This document shows, one piece after another, positions 42,799 through 53,834 of a DNA stretch of 64,000 bases. This stretch comes from Microthyrium microscopicum. Taxonomy: Eukaryota. The DNA is taken from assembly GCA_010405405.1 (NCBI GenBank), contig MU004235.1, positions 510,538 to 574,537 of the forward strand. The letters are read 5' to 3'. The notes beneath the pieces are model-generated. The model did not search any database, was not told the origin of the DNA, and saw nothing but the letters and a program-made list of their open reading frames with translations. Position 1 is the stretch's first letter, and every line of letters begins with the position of its first letter. The translations under genes and the position numbers were made by a program.

Positions 42799-43601
42799 AT
42801 CGAGCAGAGGAATAAGATAGAGGTCAAGACGACGGAATGTAGGTTTATATTTTGATGTTGATTGTGTGTTGGCAACTGACACGTACCCAACTAATGTAGA
42901 GCGGTACCGTAGAAGGAATGGTGGGGCTGGTGTATGACTGGCTGGCTAATTGATAGGTAATCCAATGCGGAAGTCACGATCAGAGCCGCACGAGACGTGA
43001 ATTTAGTGAAGCGGTGATGACAAAGTAGGCAGCTTCTTGCGGTGTGATTGGTATCTTCAGCGGCTGACTTGCTAGTACATGTCTACCTAGGTAGGCAAGG
43101 AGTGGACGTTGGATTAAGCTGTTGCCAGTTGCCCATTGTGGCGACAGCGATAAGGAGCACGAACCATCAAGATGCAAGCGTGACACATTCTTTGGGAAAG
43201 GCGGGGCCTCATATCGCAGTGATTTGCAGATAGCCCGCATGTCTACAAAGATGGGAAAAATTGATATTTTAACTGATTCTTTAAGCTTCACGATATCGCC
43301 GACGTACGAAATCCTGTTGAGTAAAAAGCCTGGGGCTTTGAGGCGACAATGGATCATGTTAGATTAGCCTCTTAGAGCAGTGGGAGTCGGAGACGAGGTG
43401 CATCCCTGAACGCCACGTTTACAGGGGTAGAGCTCCTTTCACAACCAACCTTCTACGGTTAGCGCCTTTTCATCCAGCCTCGTTGCACATGACGCTGTAC
43501 AAACGGCGCTTTTGACATTGGAACTTGTCGTGAAGAAATCTCTCTCGATCACACTCATATTCTCTTCTGGCTACTGTTAATCTACACGTCCTCTTTACAC
43601 C

Positions 43602-45299
43602 ATGGGAGCCGATCAAGATGTCCAAGTCACCATTGACAATCTCGCCAACATTCTCCAGGACGACATCAGTGTCAAAGTCGCCGGCGTAGATATCGATGGC
43701 CAGCTCCGTGGAAAGCTCATGGCTAAGAGCAAATTCTTGTCCGTTGCCAAAGAAGGATTCGGCTTTTGCTCTGTGATATTCGGCTGGGACATGCACGATC
43801 AGACATATTTCAGAGAGCTCAAGATAAGCAACAAGGAGAATGGCTACAGAGATCTAATCGCGGTCCCGCATCTCAAGACGTTCCGACGAATACCTTGGGA
43901 AAACAACATACCGTTTGTCCTCGTGAGCTTCATGGATCCAGATACTATGGAACCTATCAGTGCTTGTCCTAGAGGGCTCTTAGCTACCATTGTGGACAAA
44001 ATTGAAGCGAAAGGATATCAGGCAATGGCTGGTGGTAAGTTTGATCTGTTTTCGGCTTTTTGCAGCATACATCTCTCAACTCTAGAAGCCAATTCTGTCT
44101 TCAAGTCTTGATACTGATGTGTGATTTAGCTGAGTACGAGTTCTTTCAATTCAGAACTCCAGGCGCAGATAATGGAACCAACCAAAGTGCTCCATCAACT
44201 TCTGCCTTCCTGCGAAACAACCCGGTTTCTGCTCTTCCGACCATCACGGAGGGTATGTTCGGGTATAGTTTGACACGACCAGTACATAACCAGGAGTACT
44301 ACTACAGCATCTTCAACACGTGTGATCAATTCAAATGTGGAATTGAAGGATGGCATACGGAGTCTGGTCCTGGTGTATTTGAAGCTGTGAGACCACTTGT
44401 TTGACTGTCCTTGTTTCTGCTAACCGGAACAGGCCCTTCTCTTCAACGAGATCCGAGAAATGGCAGACAGAGCAGCACTGTTCAAGTGAGGATCTTACCA
44501 CTGTCTACGTAAAACATTACTAATGTACGTCTTAGACTAACAGCCAAGGCACTGGGTACCAAGTTCGGCATCACGCCCTGTTTCATGGCAAAACCACGTG
44601 AAGGACTACCTGGAAACTCTGGTCATATGCACATCTCTCTCGTTGACAAGAGCGGAAAGAACCTCTTCTCGCGCGAATCCAAGGATGAAAATGTAGAGTG
44701 GTCAGATGCTGCGTTCCTCTCTGATATGGGCCGCCAGTTCCTAGCTGGTGTACTCGACGGTCTACCAGACATCATGCCCATTGTAGCGCCAACTGTCAAC
44801 TCATACAAGAGACTCGTCGAAAACTTCTGGGCTCCAGTCACTGTTTCTTGGGGTCTCGAGCACCGCGCTGCGTCAATTCGGGTGATTTCTTCATCAGCAA
44901 ATTCAAAGAGTTCACGACTGGAGGTTCGAGTATGCGGCGCAGACGCGAATCCACATTTGGTTCTGGCGTCCATCCTTGCTCTTGGCTGGCGCGGAGTTGA
45001 GAAGAAGATGGACATTCCTGTTCCTCCACTTGGAAAGGGGGATGATGTTGGCGGGGAGTCTGATAAGGGACAGCGTTTAGCAAAGTCCCTGAAAGAGGCT
45101 ACGGCCCAGATGACGAGAAAGGGTAGTGTCGCAAGAGAAGTATTTGGTGATGAGTTCGTTGACCACTACGGTGGTACTCGAGAGCATGAGTGCCGCATAT
45201 GGGACGAGGCTGTGACTGACTGGTATGTTTTGTGTTTCTATTGAAAGGCTTTTATTAACAAATCGCAGGGAAGTTAAACGATACATTGAAACTGTGTAG
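43602..45299 (+). CDS. Type-I glutamine-synthetase-like protein (probable gamma-glutamyl-amine ligase); introns 44035..44129, 44387..44432, 44486..44535, 45223..45268
   Basis: DIDGQLRGK, ACPRGLL, AEYEFF, WHTESGPGVFE, FMAKP..GNSGHMHISL, PTVNSYKRL, RLEVR..GADANP, VTDWE..RY. GSI-like rather than the eukaryotic GSII; no N-terminal amidohydrolase domain, so not FluG proper. Confidence 0.92.
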
Positions 45300-45914
45300 A
45301 CAGACGCTCATATCTACCTCATTCAGGTGATTCACAGCGTCTTGGAGTTGTCGATATCGGATCGGTTAAACAGTAGTAAATAAATGGTAATGATATTGGT
45401 TTCGAAGCTACTGAAATGGGTAGAAATCAAAACTCTTGTCTCATCTGGTGATATTTAGCCCATCGCCTTATCTCCGGAAGCTCTGCTTTGAACTTGCAAC
45501 TACATTATCAAGGCGAAAGTAATCCCTCTCTTGGTGTCATAGAAACACTGCATCAATGGGCAGATCAGCGGGGCAGGTTGATACTGTCGTCATATGAATC
45601 GCAAACAGCATTTATGGGCAACCAAATCCGCCTCAACGACCACTTCTGGCATCCAATTGCATCTCAATTTGGACCCGAGCTGCATCTTTTGTATCTCCGC
45701 ATCCAATTGGAAAAGGGCCATGGTTAAAGCTAGTTGTGCGTTTCGATCAACCTTCTCCAGGACACAAATAGCTCCCAGATCTCCCCGCCTCGGCACAAGC
45801 TCCAGCTCTATTTTCCGACATCTCATTGACATCACAACTTCCTCTCGTTCTTCTGCAAAACTTACATTCACACCTCACCGATTCTCCTCTAGTGAACCCA
45901 CTTGTAAAACAAAC

Positions 45915-46865
45915 ATGTCTCTCCACAGCGCTGCCTGTAAGTCACATAACCCAATAACCCATCACAACTCTGCTAATACACCTCAGGCTGTACCGTCCCA
46001 CCAGTAGTCGCCAAAGACTACAGCCCAAAAGGCAAATACACCACCGTCGATGGCCTAAAAACCTGTACTCACATCCCTCCTTCCCAGACCATCCCTTCTC
46101 TAACAATCCCAGATCACACCGGCGAAAGCTCCGCAAAACATGGCATCTTCGTCGTATACGACATCTTCGGCTTCTTCCCCCAAACAATCCAAGGAGCCGA
46201 CATCTTAGCCTACGGCAACAAAGACCGCAAATACCAAGTCTTCATGCCCGATTTCTTCGACGGCAAGCCAGCAGATATCTCCTGGTATCCACCAGATAAC
46301 GAGGAGAAGGGCAAGAAGTTGGGCGCGTTCTTTGAGGGGCCGGCGGCACCGCCGAAGACTGTGGAGAAGTTGAATTCGCTTATTGCGGAGTTGAAGAAGA
46401 GTCATTCGGAGATTGAGTCTTGGGTATGTTAGAAGAGATGGACTGGGGTGTAATAGATGGCTAATTTGAGATTAGGGTATTGTGGGCTATTGCTGGGGTG
46501 GAAAGATTGTGAATCTCGTTTCTCAGGCTGGAACTCCGTTTAAGGCGGCTGCTGCTTGTCATCCTGCTATGGTTGATCCTGCTGATGCGCCTAAAGTCAC
46601 TATTCCGATTGCTTTGCTGCCATCGCAGGACGAGGATAAGGATGCTGTGGCGAAGTATGAAAAGGCACTGACTGTTAAGCACACCGTGGAGTGGTTTCCG
46701 ACCCAAATTCATGGATGGATGGCTGCTAGGTACGCGTTCAAGTTCAAGGGGTTGATAAACTGTACTAACACAATCTGCAGGTCTGACTTGGAGGATCCAA
46801 AGGTCAAGTCTGAATATGAGCGCGGCTACAAGATTCTACTAGACTTTTATCACGAAAACTCGTAA
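45915..46865 (+). CDS. Dienelactone hydrolase family protein (AIM2-like), multi-exon
   Basis: MSLHSAACC.VPPVV start, YDIFGF, MPDFF, nucleophile GYCWGGK, HPA, HGWMAAR; four short introns with canonical signals. Confidence 0.9.
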
Positions 46866-48596
46866 TATTTGGAGCTTCTACCGCCTTAGCGAAATACATA
46901 ACAGAGCTAGTCTACAAAAGTAGCATTGCATATCAACAAGATTATGAAAGATCATGACCTGATTGTTTATTACATGACAATCTCCTTTGTCTTTCCAGCT
47001 CCATGAGAACTAGACCAATAAGTAATCTTGTCAGTTGAATCATTGTTTGCATATTGCTGCTCCTAGGTGTGTTGCACCACGAAATGCGATCGATCGTAAC
47101 AATGGTCTCCTCCGAAGAAGCATGGAGAACAAATATCGAAATTTCCTCGGCGACAAACTTGACATCGAAAGGTTACTCCACGAACCTCAGGGTTGAATAA
47201 GTCTCAAATGCTAAGTGGGCGGTAAAGATCTCGAGCAACTTCGATTCTCGTCAAGCTAGTGCTTGGGGTTGTGGCATTTAGGTCTCTGCAGTTGTCACCT
47301 TCCTAAGTGCTGATTACGATAGAGATGCCACAGCAGAAGACCGAGCTGAGATTTGTCGAATGCAAGCCCAACTTAACCGTCTCCCTTAGCAAAGTCCTCG
47401 GTGCGGCATTCAGGGGGCAGTAGCCATCTTATCCAAGATCGATGGGATGAATGCCCATCAAATGCGTTAGAATGACAGCATCACGTTGCGCATCTACGTC
47501 AGTTGGAGAGGCGTAAGTTGCCATGCCTCTCACAACCTGGCCTCGCTCATGAAAGGGCTGCGACTCCACAAACTATCTGTTTGGCCCATTTCTGTCCGAC
47601 TGACTATGGTATAGGCCTGTCTCTAGATTTCAAGCTGTTGAGCAGCCTGAACATTCGTCCCTTCGCAGGTGATTCCACTAGTAAGCCCTTGATGAGCTGG
47701 AGTTTGCTGTCTAGGACTACTCTAACCAGTGGTGCGACACGGGAAGCACCACGAAGCGCTATGGGAACTTGGATCTCACGCCATAGATGGTTGGATCCCA
47801 CTTTTCCAGGTTTGGCAGGCCGGTATACAACCCGGCGGTTGTCGACATTCGCGAGTGGCACAATATCTAAGAGATAGCTCGTGACGAGAGCTGTTTCCGG
47901 GATAATTCGAACGTTTTGATGCCTGAGCGACTCGATACGTACTCCAGCCTCATTTGTCACACCACTATCACCTGAGAAATCTGATTGGAGTCGAAAGCAT
48001 CAGACCTTCTGCCGAATTCGACGTTAATTTCAGTGTCAACGTTGACATCTGAGTGCTCAGAGATGGTACGCCGTATGAGTAGATTGAGACTTTCAGAAAG
48101 GTGGTACTGTCGACACAAACTATGTTCTTGAATCTTGTGATCTAGCTCTCGGCACATAATGGCCACAAGTCGTAGACGAATCCATTGACGCTGAGACTTT
48201 GCGACTAAAATATGCTGCGTGTAAGTAGCGGTGTCAAAATTCTTTTCAGCTACAGTGAAAGAATAACTTTTTATGACTAGATTCAGGATCACAAATTGGG
48301 ATCCCAACGCACAAGTTTATTATGAAAACATCATAGACCTGTTTCCCCAGCAAAAATGCCTTCCATTGAAAGTAGCCACGGCCTATCTTTTGCAGTGCTT
48401 CGCCGCTTTCATACAGCTACTTCGCCGCCCAATTATGGGGCCTGGCTGAGAGCCGTAAGTATACGTCTTCAAAAGACCTTACAGAAATTATTCAAGATCT
48501 ATTCCAGCTGATATCGTTCATCTATTCCGTGTTTCAAGGTATGAATACTATCCATACCTCTCGTAATAGCTTGCTAATTTTGACTAATAGACTGTT

Positions 48597-48809
48597 ATGG
48601 AAGACGCGCCACCTCCTTACGATCCGATTCAAGATCCTGCCTTCCAGGCACTGATTTACTACCAAAATGATTCTCCACAGCGCAATGGTCAGAGCCGTGA
48701 CATCTGTGATCCAGAGAACCGATTGGCCTTGGTTATATTTCTGTTCATTCTAGGGGCCATGTTCACTGGATTTTATGTTTTGTACAGCGATCCACGAAGG
48801 CCTAGATAG
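48597..48809 (+). CDS. Small 70-aa single-pass membrane protein with N-terminal PPPY motif
   Basis: ATG ORF directly preceded by a canonical intron 48539..48590 (GTATGA..GCTAAT..TAG); hydrophobic LALVIFLFILGAMFTGFYVLY followed by a basic tail. Confidence 0.55.
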   Translation: MEDAPPPYDPIQDPAFQALIYYQNDSPQRNGQSRDICDPENRLALVIFLFILGAMFTGFYVLYSDPRRPR

Positions 48810-49310
48810 CATCAAGATTGGCTTGGAGGAAATTGGAATTTTCGGAATAGGTCAAACGTTGTCTAAAGAGATATATCAAGCTCTTCACCTTGGCGTCGAG
48901 TGCATAGTGAAGACATCTTCTGGCCATTGCACCGTGGTAACATAATCATTGCAATTCAACTGATGTAGTTTGGTCTTAAGAATGCCCTGAGTGGTGCTTG
49001 CATTTGCAAATTTGAATGCTACCGAAGCTGCTGATCCGATGTGTCGACGGTAATACAACAATATAATAACTCTATGACATTTTCTGATATATTTTAAAAG
49101 TGACTTCGAGTCACAAAGCGTATTGAGTACATCAGACACGCCAGCAGATCTAGGTATGTTAAGGCGCTGCCTACTCCTCTCTTAGAGCGCTCGACTTTCA
49201 AGTCGCCATTATTGCAAAGAGCCAGGCGTTTAGTTTGTTAGTTGGCCTCAGTCTGAAAAGTCGACCGTTCACTTTCCAGCTGTAACTGTACCAATTCGTT
49301 CCTCGAATGC

Positions 49311-49592
49311 TCAGGTACGTGTACAGTTGCAGCGATCCTGAATCCATCCTCCTCCTCCACAGCGCCGACACGTCTCGCTAAATGGGGGCTTCGAAGTTGC
49401 TGTACAGCGATTACAAGCTCCATAATCTGGAGCTATTTCTCGCCCACGGAGAGTTTTATGATGATATACGCCAGTTCCAAGGCAGTGTTCGCAAGCACAT
49501 ATGCCTTCTCCGTTGCAGGAATTGCATGTAACTGTAGCAATACCATTTCTGCAATTACCACAATATGTGGGAGAGGCGAGTGGTGTGGACAT
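49311..49592 (-). CDS. Small 93-aa cysteine-rich protein with DnaJ-type CxxCxGxG repeats
   Basis: 13 Cys; CNSCNGEG, CEHCLGTG, CRRCGGGG plus CGNC, CNRC, CNC; pyrimidine/A-rich leader upstream. Confidence 0.7.
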   Translation of the reverse strand: MSTPLASPTYCGNCRNGIATVTCNSCNGEGICACEHCLGTGVYHHKTLRGREIAPDYGACNRCTATSKPPFSETCRRCGGGGWIQDRCNCTRT

Positions 49593-50127
49593 GCTGAAGA
49601 ACTATCAGTTTTTGTAGACAAATTGTGGAAGATGAATGAATTTGGCTTACTATGGGAAGAAAATGTGATTTTTATAACTTTGAAAATGGAGAGATATTGC
49701 AGTAGATGCTTCATAGGTGCAAACGCTGACGTTTGAAAAGCAAACAAGAAAATGCCTCATACCTATATGAGCCTAATCGTATTCTGCATCTGGCGATATG
49801 CAGGCAGTCACGAGTCCTTACCATGTCTTTGATCGATAGGTATTTTTGCGGGTATATGATTCTTAGGTAATTCTTTTAGTTTCTACCTACTTACCTGGAT
49901 AAAGTTTCTACTTCTCAGGACGTCATACTCACTTCGGGAAATCGCCATGAACATCGGTACAAAGAGGACTGGCACTTTGCTCAAACCATGTCGCTGTACG
50001 TTAACTCTCCTTTGTGCACACCTTTTGAAGCAACGTGGGAGATTCCGCCTCACTCTTCTTTTAGACTTGTAAATATACAGAACAACCTGCCAGATCCCGA
50101 CTCCAAGGCAGACTCCGGCCCCTCGTA

Positions 50128-52257
50128 TCAAGCAACCACCACGCGAACCCGTCCCAGATTATGCACCTTAGCCCACTTTGCGGCAGTATCATTTTGAAAT
50201 GGACGTTGAGAATATGCTCGTAACGCGGGGAAATATGTCCCCTTGAGCCAGAATCTTGAACTCGTCTGGACAGTAGCGCGCTCGGAACTAGCTGAAGCAT
50301 CGACTTGCAAAGTCCCTGTATTGAGATACAGCCCCAGCCCATCAAAGTCCAGTTCCGCAGAAATGATCTTGCCAATTCCCGGAGGCAGTTCTATTACACC
50401 AGAGAACTCCACAGACTCACCAACTTTGACATCCGCGCGCTCCTTGCCGTTGGCCTTGAGGGTCACTACAGGCTGTATGCCTAGGCGCTGAGCGGCCGAG
50501 TCGGGTAGTTGGATATTGCCGTCGACCACGGTGTAGTTTGTGCTTGCTGGGGCGGGAACACCATTTTCTACCCATTGTACCAAGTCACGAAGTGCTTGTT
50601 GGATCACGGGTATGTAGGACACGATCCTTGTGTTCTCTGCTGGATACATGGTAGGTATCATTCGATCGGGAGGTGTGTGCATGCTCTTGTCAATCATCCA
50701 GGTTCGATAGTGTTTGTCCATGTCGGCACCCAAATGCTTCCGTACTTGATTCTCGTACCACCTGGACTCCCATGGAAGGGCGATCTCGTCCATCTGTGAT
50801 TCTACAAGAATCATCTTGGTATTAATTTTGCCGTTCTGTGTAGTGCCAGTGCCAGAGAGTTCATCATAGCGCTGCGAGAGAAGTGGTCGTTGTGGATATA
50901 TTGGCTTGCCATCTTTTCTGAATTGTTCCCATACTGGGTACTCTGGACCTGGGTCCTGATGTCTGTGGTATGTCTGTGATGCAAGAAATATTGAGTTGTC
51001 AATGATCACACTGTCGCCTGCCTTCATCAATCCTAATGATGGCGAGTTGCGCTCTCCATATGTGATCAAGGCAATGGGTCCAACCATGAAGAGTGTATAA
51101 ACCCATTTGCCAGCGGCCGCACCAGTCTCCAATTTGATTACTGAGCCAGTAAGATCCGTTGAAGGAGCATCTGATAGCCAAAGAGCAAGAGGAGCATTAT
51201 CAGTGACATTCTTGACGTTCTCGGGAACTGGAAAGTCAATTCCAAGGGCCTGTACTTGCTTCGCTGTCAGCATTGCCTTGATGGTAGTCTTATGGCTAAC
51301 TCTCGCTTTGAGTAATGATTGCGTTGCATTAGATCCAAGGTATCCTGGTTTGGTCCAAAAATCGTCAAAGTAGGTGGGATCCATTCGGTACACATTGTCC
51401 AACAACTGAGAAAACACTGCAGCATAACTTAAATAGCTCCTGGTATATCGAAACCAGGCGGCAGGTGCCAGTCCGAACCGTGTAACTTCTTGCAGTGCTT
51501 CCTTCTTCTCAGTGTTCAAACCCGCATAGATATCGCCACTTCCGCCTACATCAGCTGCGTCCACGATTTTCTCGTAGTCATCTCCAATGATACGCATAGC
51601 ATGCATCAGAACCGTAAAGACGTTTGGTATTGCCACAGGCGATGCTGCAATGAACGGCACAGATCCATCCCAGATCCCACTAGTACTCTCAGAGCATGCC
51701 TGAGCCTTATAAGCGCCGCCGCTGCCACCATAGACATAGCCATAGGTTCGATGTGGCCCATACATCTTTTGCATGACCTCTCGCGCAAACCGGGCAGTTG
51801 CCGCACTACCTCGATATCCAGGAATTGTTGGATCCGATCCTGGCAATGGGTCCAGACGACCTTGGTTGGACTCTACCATTGCAGCTCCAGAATCGAATCC
51901 AAATAGTCCCATATCAGGAAGATCGACGCCTACAACAAAGGTTGCGAATACGACATTTTCGCTGCCAGAAATAGCTGAAACTGGTTGGAAGAAGCGGCCT
52001 TTGTAGATTTCCTTAGGAGGCAGATAAAATGAGAACCTCAGGTCAGTCCCGTTGAAGATGCCGTGAACATAACGATGGCGTACAGGTTTGTCGCGCCATT
52101 CGTCCTTGTCGATATGAGGCTTTGTATAGAGTGGATCAATTGGACTTGGTTCGTCATTAAGTCCTATGATTTCCCTTCCTTTTCCAGAGGCGACCAGTGA
52201 TTGCCCCGTTATTGCGAACACTGTTATGACACAAGTGAAAATAGTGTTGGACCACAT
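50128..52257 (-). CDS. Intronless 709-aa secreted alpha/beta-hydrolase-like protein (tannase/feruloyl-esterase-like, C-terminal PKD-like beta domain)
   Basis: Uninterrupted 2130-bp ORF; N-terminal hydrophobic signal; GxSxG motif YGGSGG; candidate Asp (MDEIALPW) and His (SMHTPP); C-terminal beta-rich domain ending NLGRVRVVV. Confidence 0.85.
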   Translation of the reverse strand: MWSNTIFTCVITVFAITGQSLVASGKGREIIGLNDEPSPIDPLYTKPHIDKDEWRDKPVRHRYVHGIFNGTDLRFSFYLPPKEIYKGRFFQPVSAISGSENVVFATFVVGVDLPDMGLFGFDSGAAMVESNQGRLDPLPGSDPTIPGYRGSAATARFAREVMQKMYGPHRTYGYVYGGSGGAYKAQACSESTSGIWDGSVPFIAASPVAIPNVFTVLMHAMRIIGDDYEKIVDAADVGGSGDIYAGLNTEKKEALQEVTRFGLAPAAWFRYTRSYLSYAAVFSQLLDNVYRMDPTYFDDFWTKPGYLGSNATQSLLKARVSHKTTIKAMLTAKQVQALGIDFPVPENVKNVTDNAPLALWLSDAPSTDLTGSVIKLETGAAAGKWVYTLFMVGPIALITYGERNSPSLGLMKAGDSVIIDNSIFLASQTYHRHQDPGPEYPVWEQFRKDGKPIYPQRPLLSQRYDELSGTGTTQNGKINTKMILVESQMDEIALPWESRWYENQVRKHLGADMDKHYRTWMIDKSMHTPPDRMIPTMYPAENTRIVSYIPVIQQALRDLVQWVENGVPAPASTNYTVVDGNIQLPDSAAQRLGIQPVVTLKANGKERADVKVGESVEFSGVIELPPGIGKIISAELDFDGLGLYLNTGTLQVDASASSERATVQTSSRFWLKGTYFPALRAYSQRPFQNDTAAKWAKVHNLGRVRVVVA

Positions 52258-52768
52258 CTTGTAAGTTATCCAAACTTCATGGTGCTTTGAGTTTTCGAAG
52301 GCATTTTGGCCCTTTATACTCTAGAGCTGAACAACAGCCCAAGCAAACCAAGACTACTACCGATCTTACATTGTTCGTGAGGTCAACACGCACGAGGAGC
52401 TTGGGTAGACTATTGCAGCACGGTGAGAACTATAATATAACGACACTTACCATTTTGACCCCTCTGCCCTATAGGTAAGTGACAACCATTGGCAGATTAC
52501 TTGACTTTTAGGACGGTAAATAGACTGAAGCCATCTTCTATAATGAACTTAACAGTTCCATGGCTCGTTGCAACGATAATTCGCTGAAGATCATGTTGGA
52601 GCGCAGTTTTTGGTCCTGATCACCGGGGGTGTTGGCTGCGAGCTGTACTCCATGTTTCTTTCTGGTTTTTTGAACACTCTCGCAATCGGTTAGACGAACT
52701 GAAGCAAAAACCTACTCCGAGCTGTAATACATAAAGTATAGTCTTCATATCGTACAACAGGATTGCCA

Positions 52769-53834
52769 CTAAGACGACAATAGTTGCCTATTGGTGTTTG
52801 TCGCGTCCTCAGATTTTTCATGCTGCAAGCTGTTGCCACAAAGCAATATCAATACGCCTTGCGATATCAAATGGGATGGTACATACCTCTCTTGTTGCTT
52901 CGCTAGCAAGGTAGAATTTACTTGCGGAAGCAACCGCCCTGTAGCGCTAATCTCCTTAAGCTCTTCCAGGGAACAAGTGGAGGGTGACCTGGGGCGTTCT
53001 CTGAGTATCAATTCAGGATAGTCATCCAGCGATTCATATCGAGGGTCATCTTCGTATCTTTCCAAAGCCAGTCATGGAATTCTGCCCGATCTCCAATTCA
53101 GCCCAGCTGATGAAACTCGTGCAGCTTTTTCAAAAGGCAAGCGGTGATCGAGGAAGTCCTAATATACATTTTCTCCGATGCGCTGAATCCGATTTTGTTA
53201 ATCGGTCGACAACGGCACTGGCCCAGTCCACCAAGACAATTCGAAAAGCTCCATTCCCCGTGTCCTGGTACACAAAATTTCGTGCATATACGTCGCGATA
53301 GGTAACGCCTCGATGTTCTATGAGCTTTTCAATCTCAAAAATTATCGCGACAATTTCCTTCTTGACTTCAGCGCTGTATTCTGCAGGACTGAGTCGCATG
53401 GGTGAAGGGCCAGGAATATATTCCATCAGTATCACACGTACAGGACGAAGCTCAAGTCCTTCTGCCCATCATGTTTCGATGTTACAAGTCGAGCAGCCAT
53501 GGGATTTTGGGACCTCCTGGCCTCCGAAGAGAGGGTCTAGTTCCATATACATTATGCCAAAGCCTCTGGAGAATACTGCACGTCGGCACTTCGAGGCACG
53601 TCATAACCTTCATCGGCTCTCAAGTAAAGCGGATCAAAGATTTTAGCAGCCACAATTCCAAAACTGCATGATCCAACTACAACCTGTGCACCACATTCCT
53701 TTCCCACCGCAATGTGTTGCGCGAAGGAAAATCGAAGCTGAAGGCGGTGGAGGATTGTGTTTCATTAGTATAATCTCTGCACCAACTTTGTATGGGAACG
53801 ATCGTGATTTCGGAATCAAACGTTTCTTCGACAT
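52769..53834 (-). pseudogene. Pseudogene of a fungal atypical protein-kinase-like gene
   Basis: Fragments in shifting frames: FPYKVG; GAQVVV..VAAKIFDPLY..ADVQYSPEALA*; YMEL..EVPKSHG..ET*W..RPVRVILMEYIPG..YRDVYARNF..IVLVDW..PRSPLAF*; FHDWL/ERYEDDPRY. Several stops and frameshifts. Confidence 0.8.

Noticed and set aside
42799..43601. GATA (HGATAR at 42815, 42951, 43148, 43228) and CreA-like SYGGRG sites in the SDR/GS divergent promoter
   Set aside because: Counts are close to chance for 6-mers in 800 bp; not evidence by themselves.
43602..45299. Calling the gene fluG or canonical glnA
   Set aside because: No N-terminal amidohydrolase domain (FluG) and not a GSII-type sequence.
47503..48307. 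ORFs on both strands before the PPxY gene
   Set aside because: No recognisable family; probably non-coding or a heavily decayed relic.
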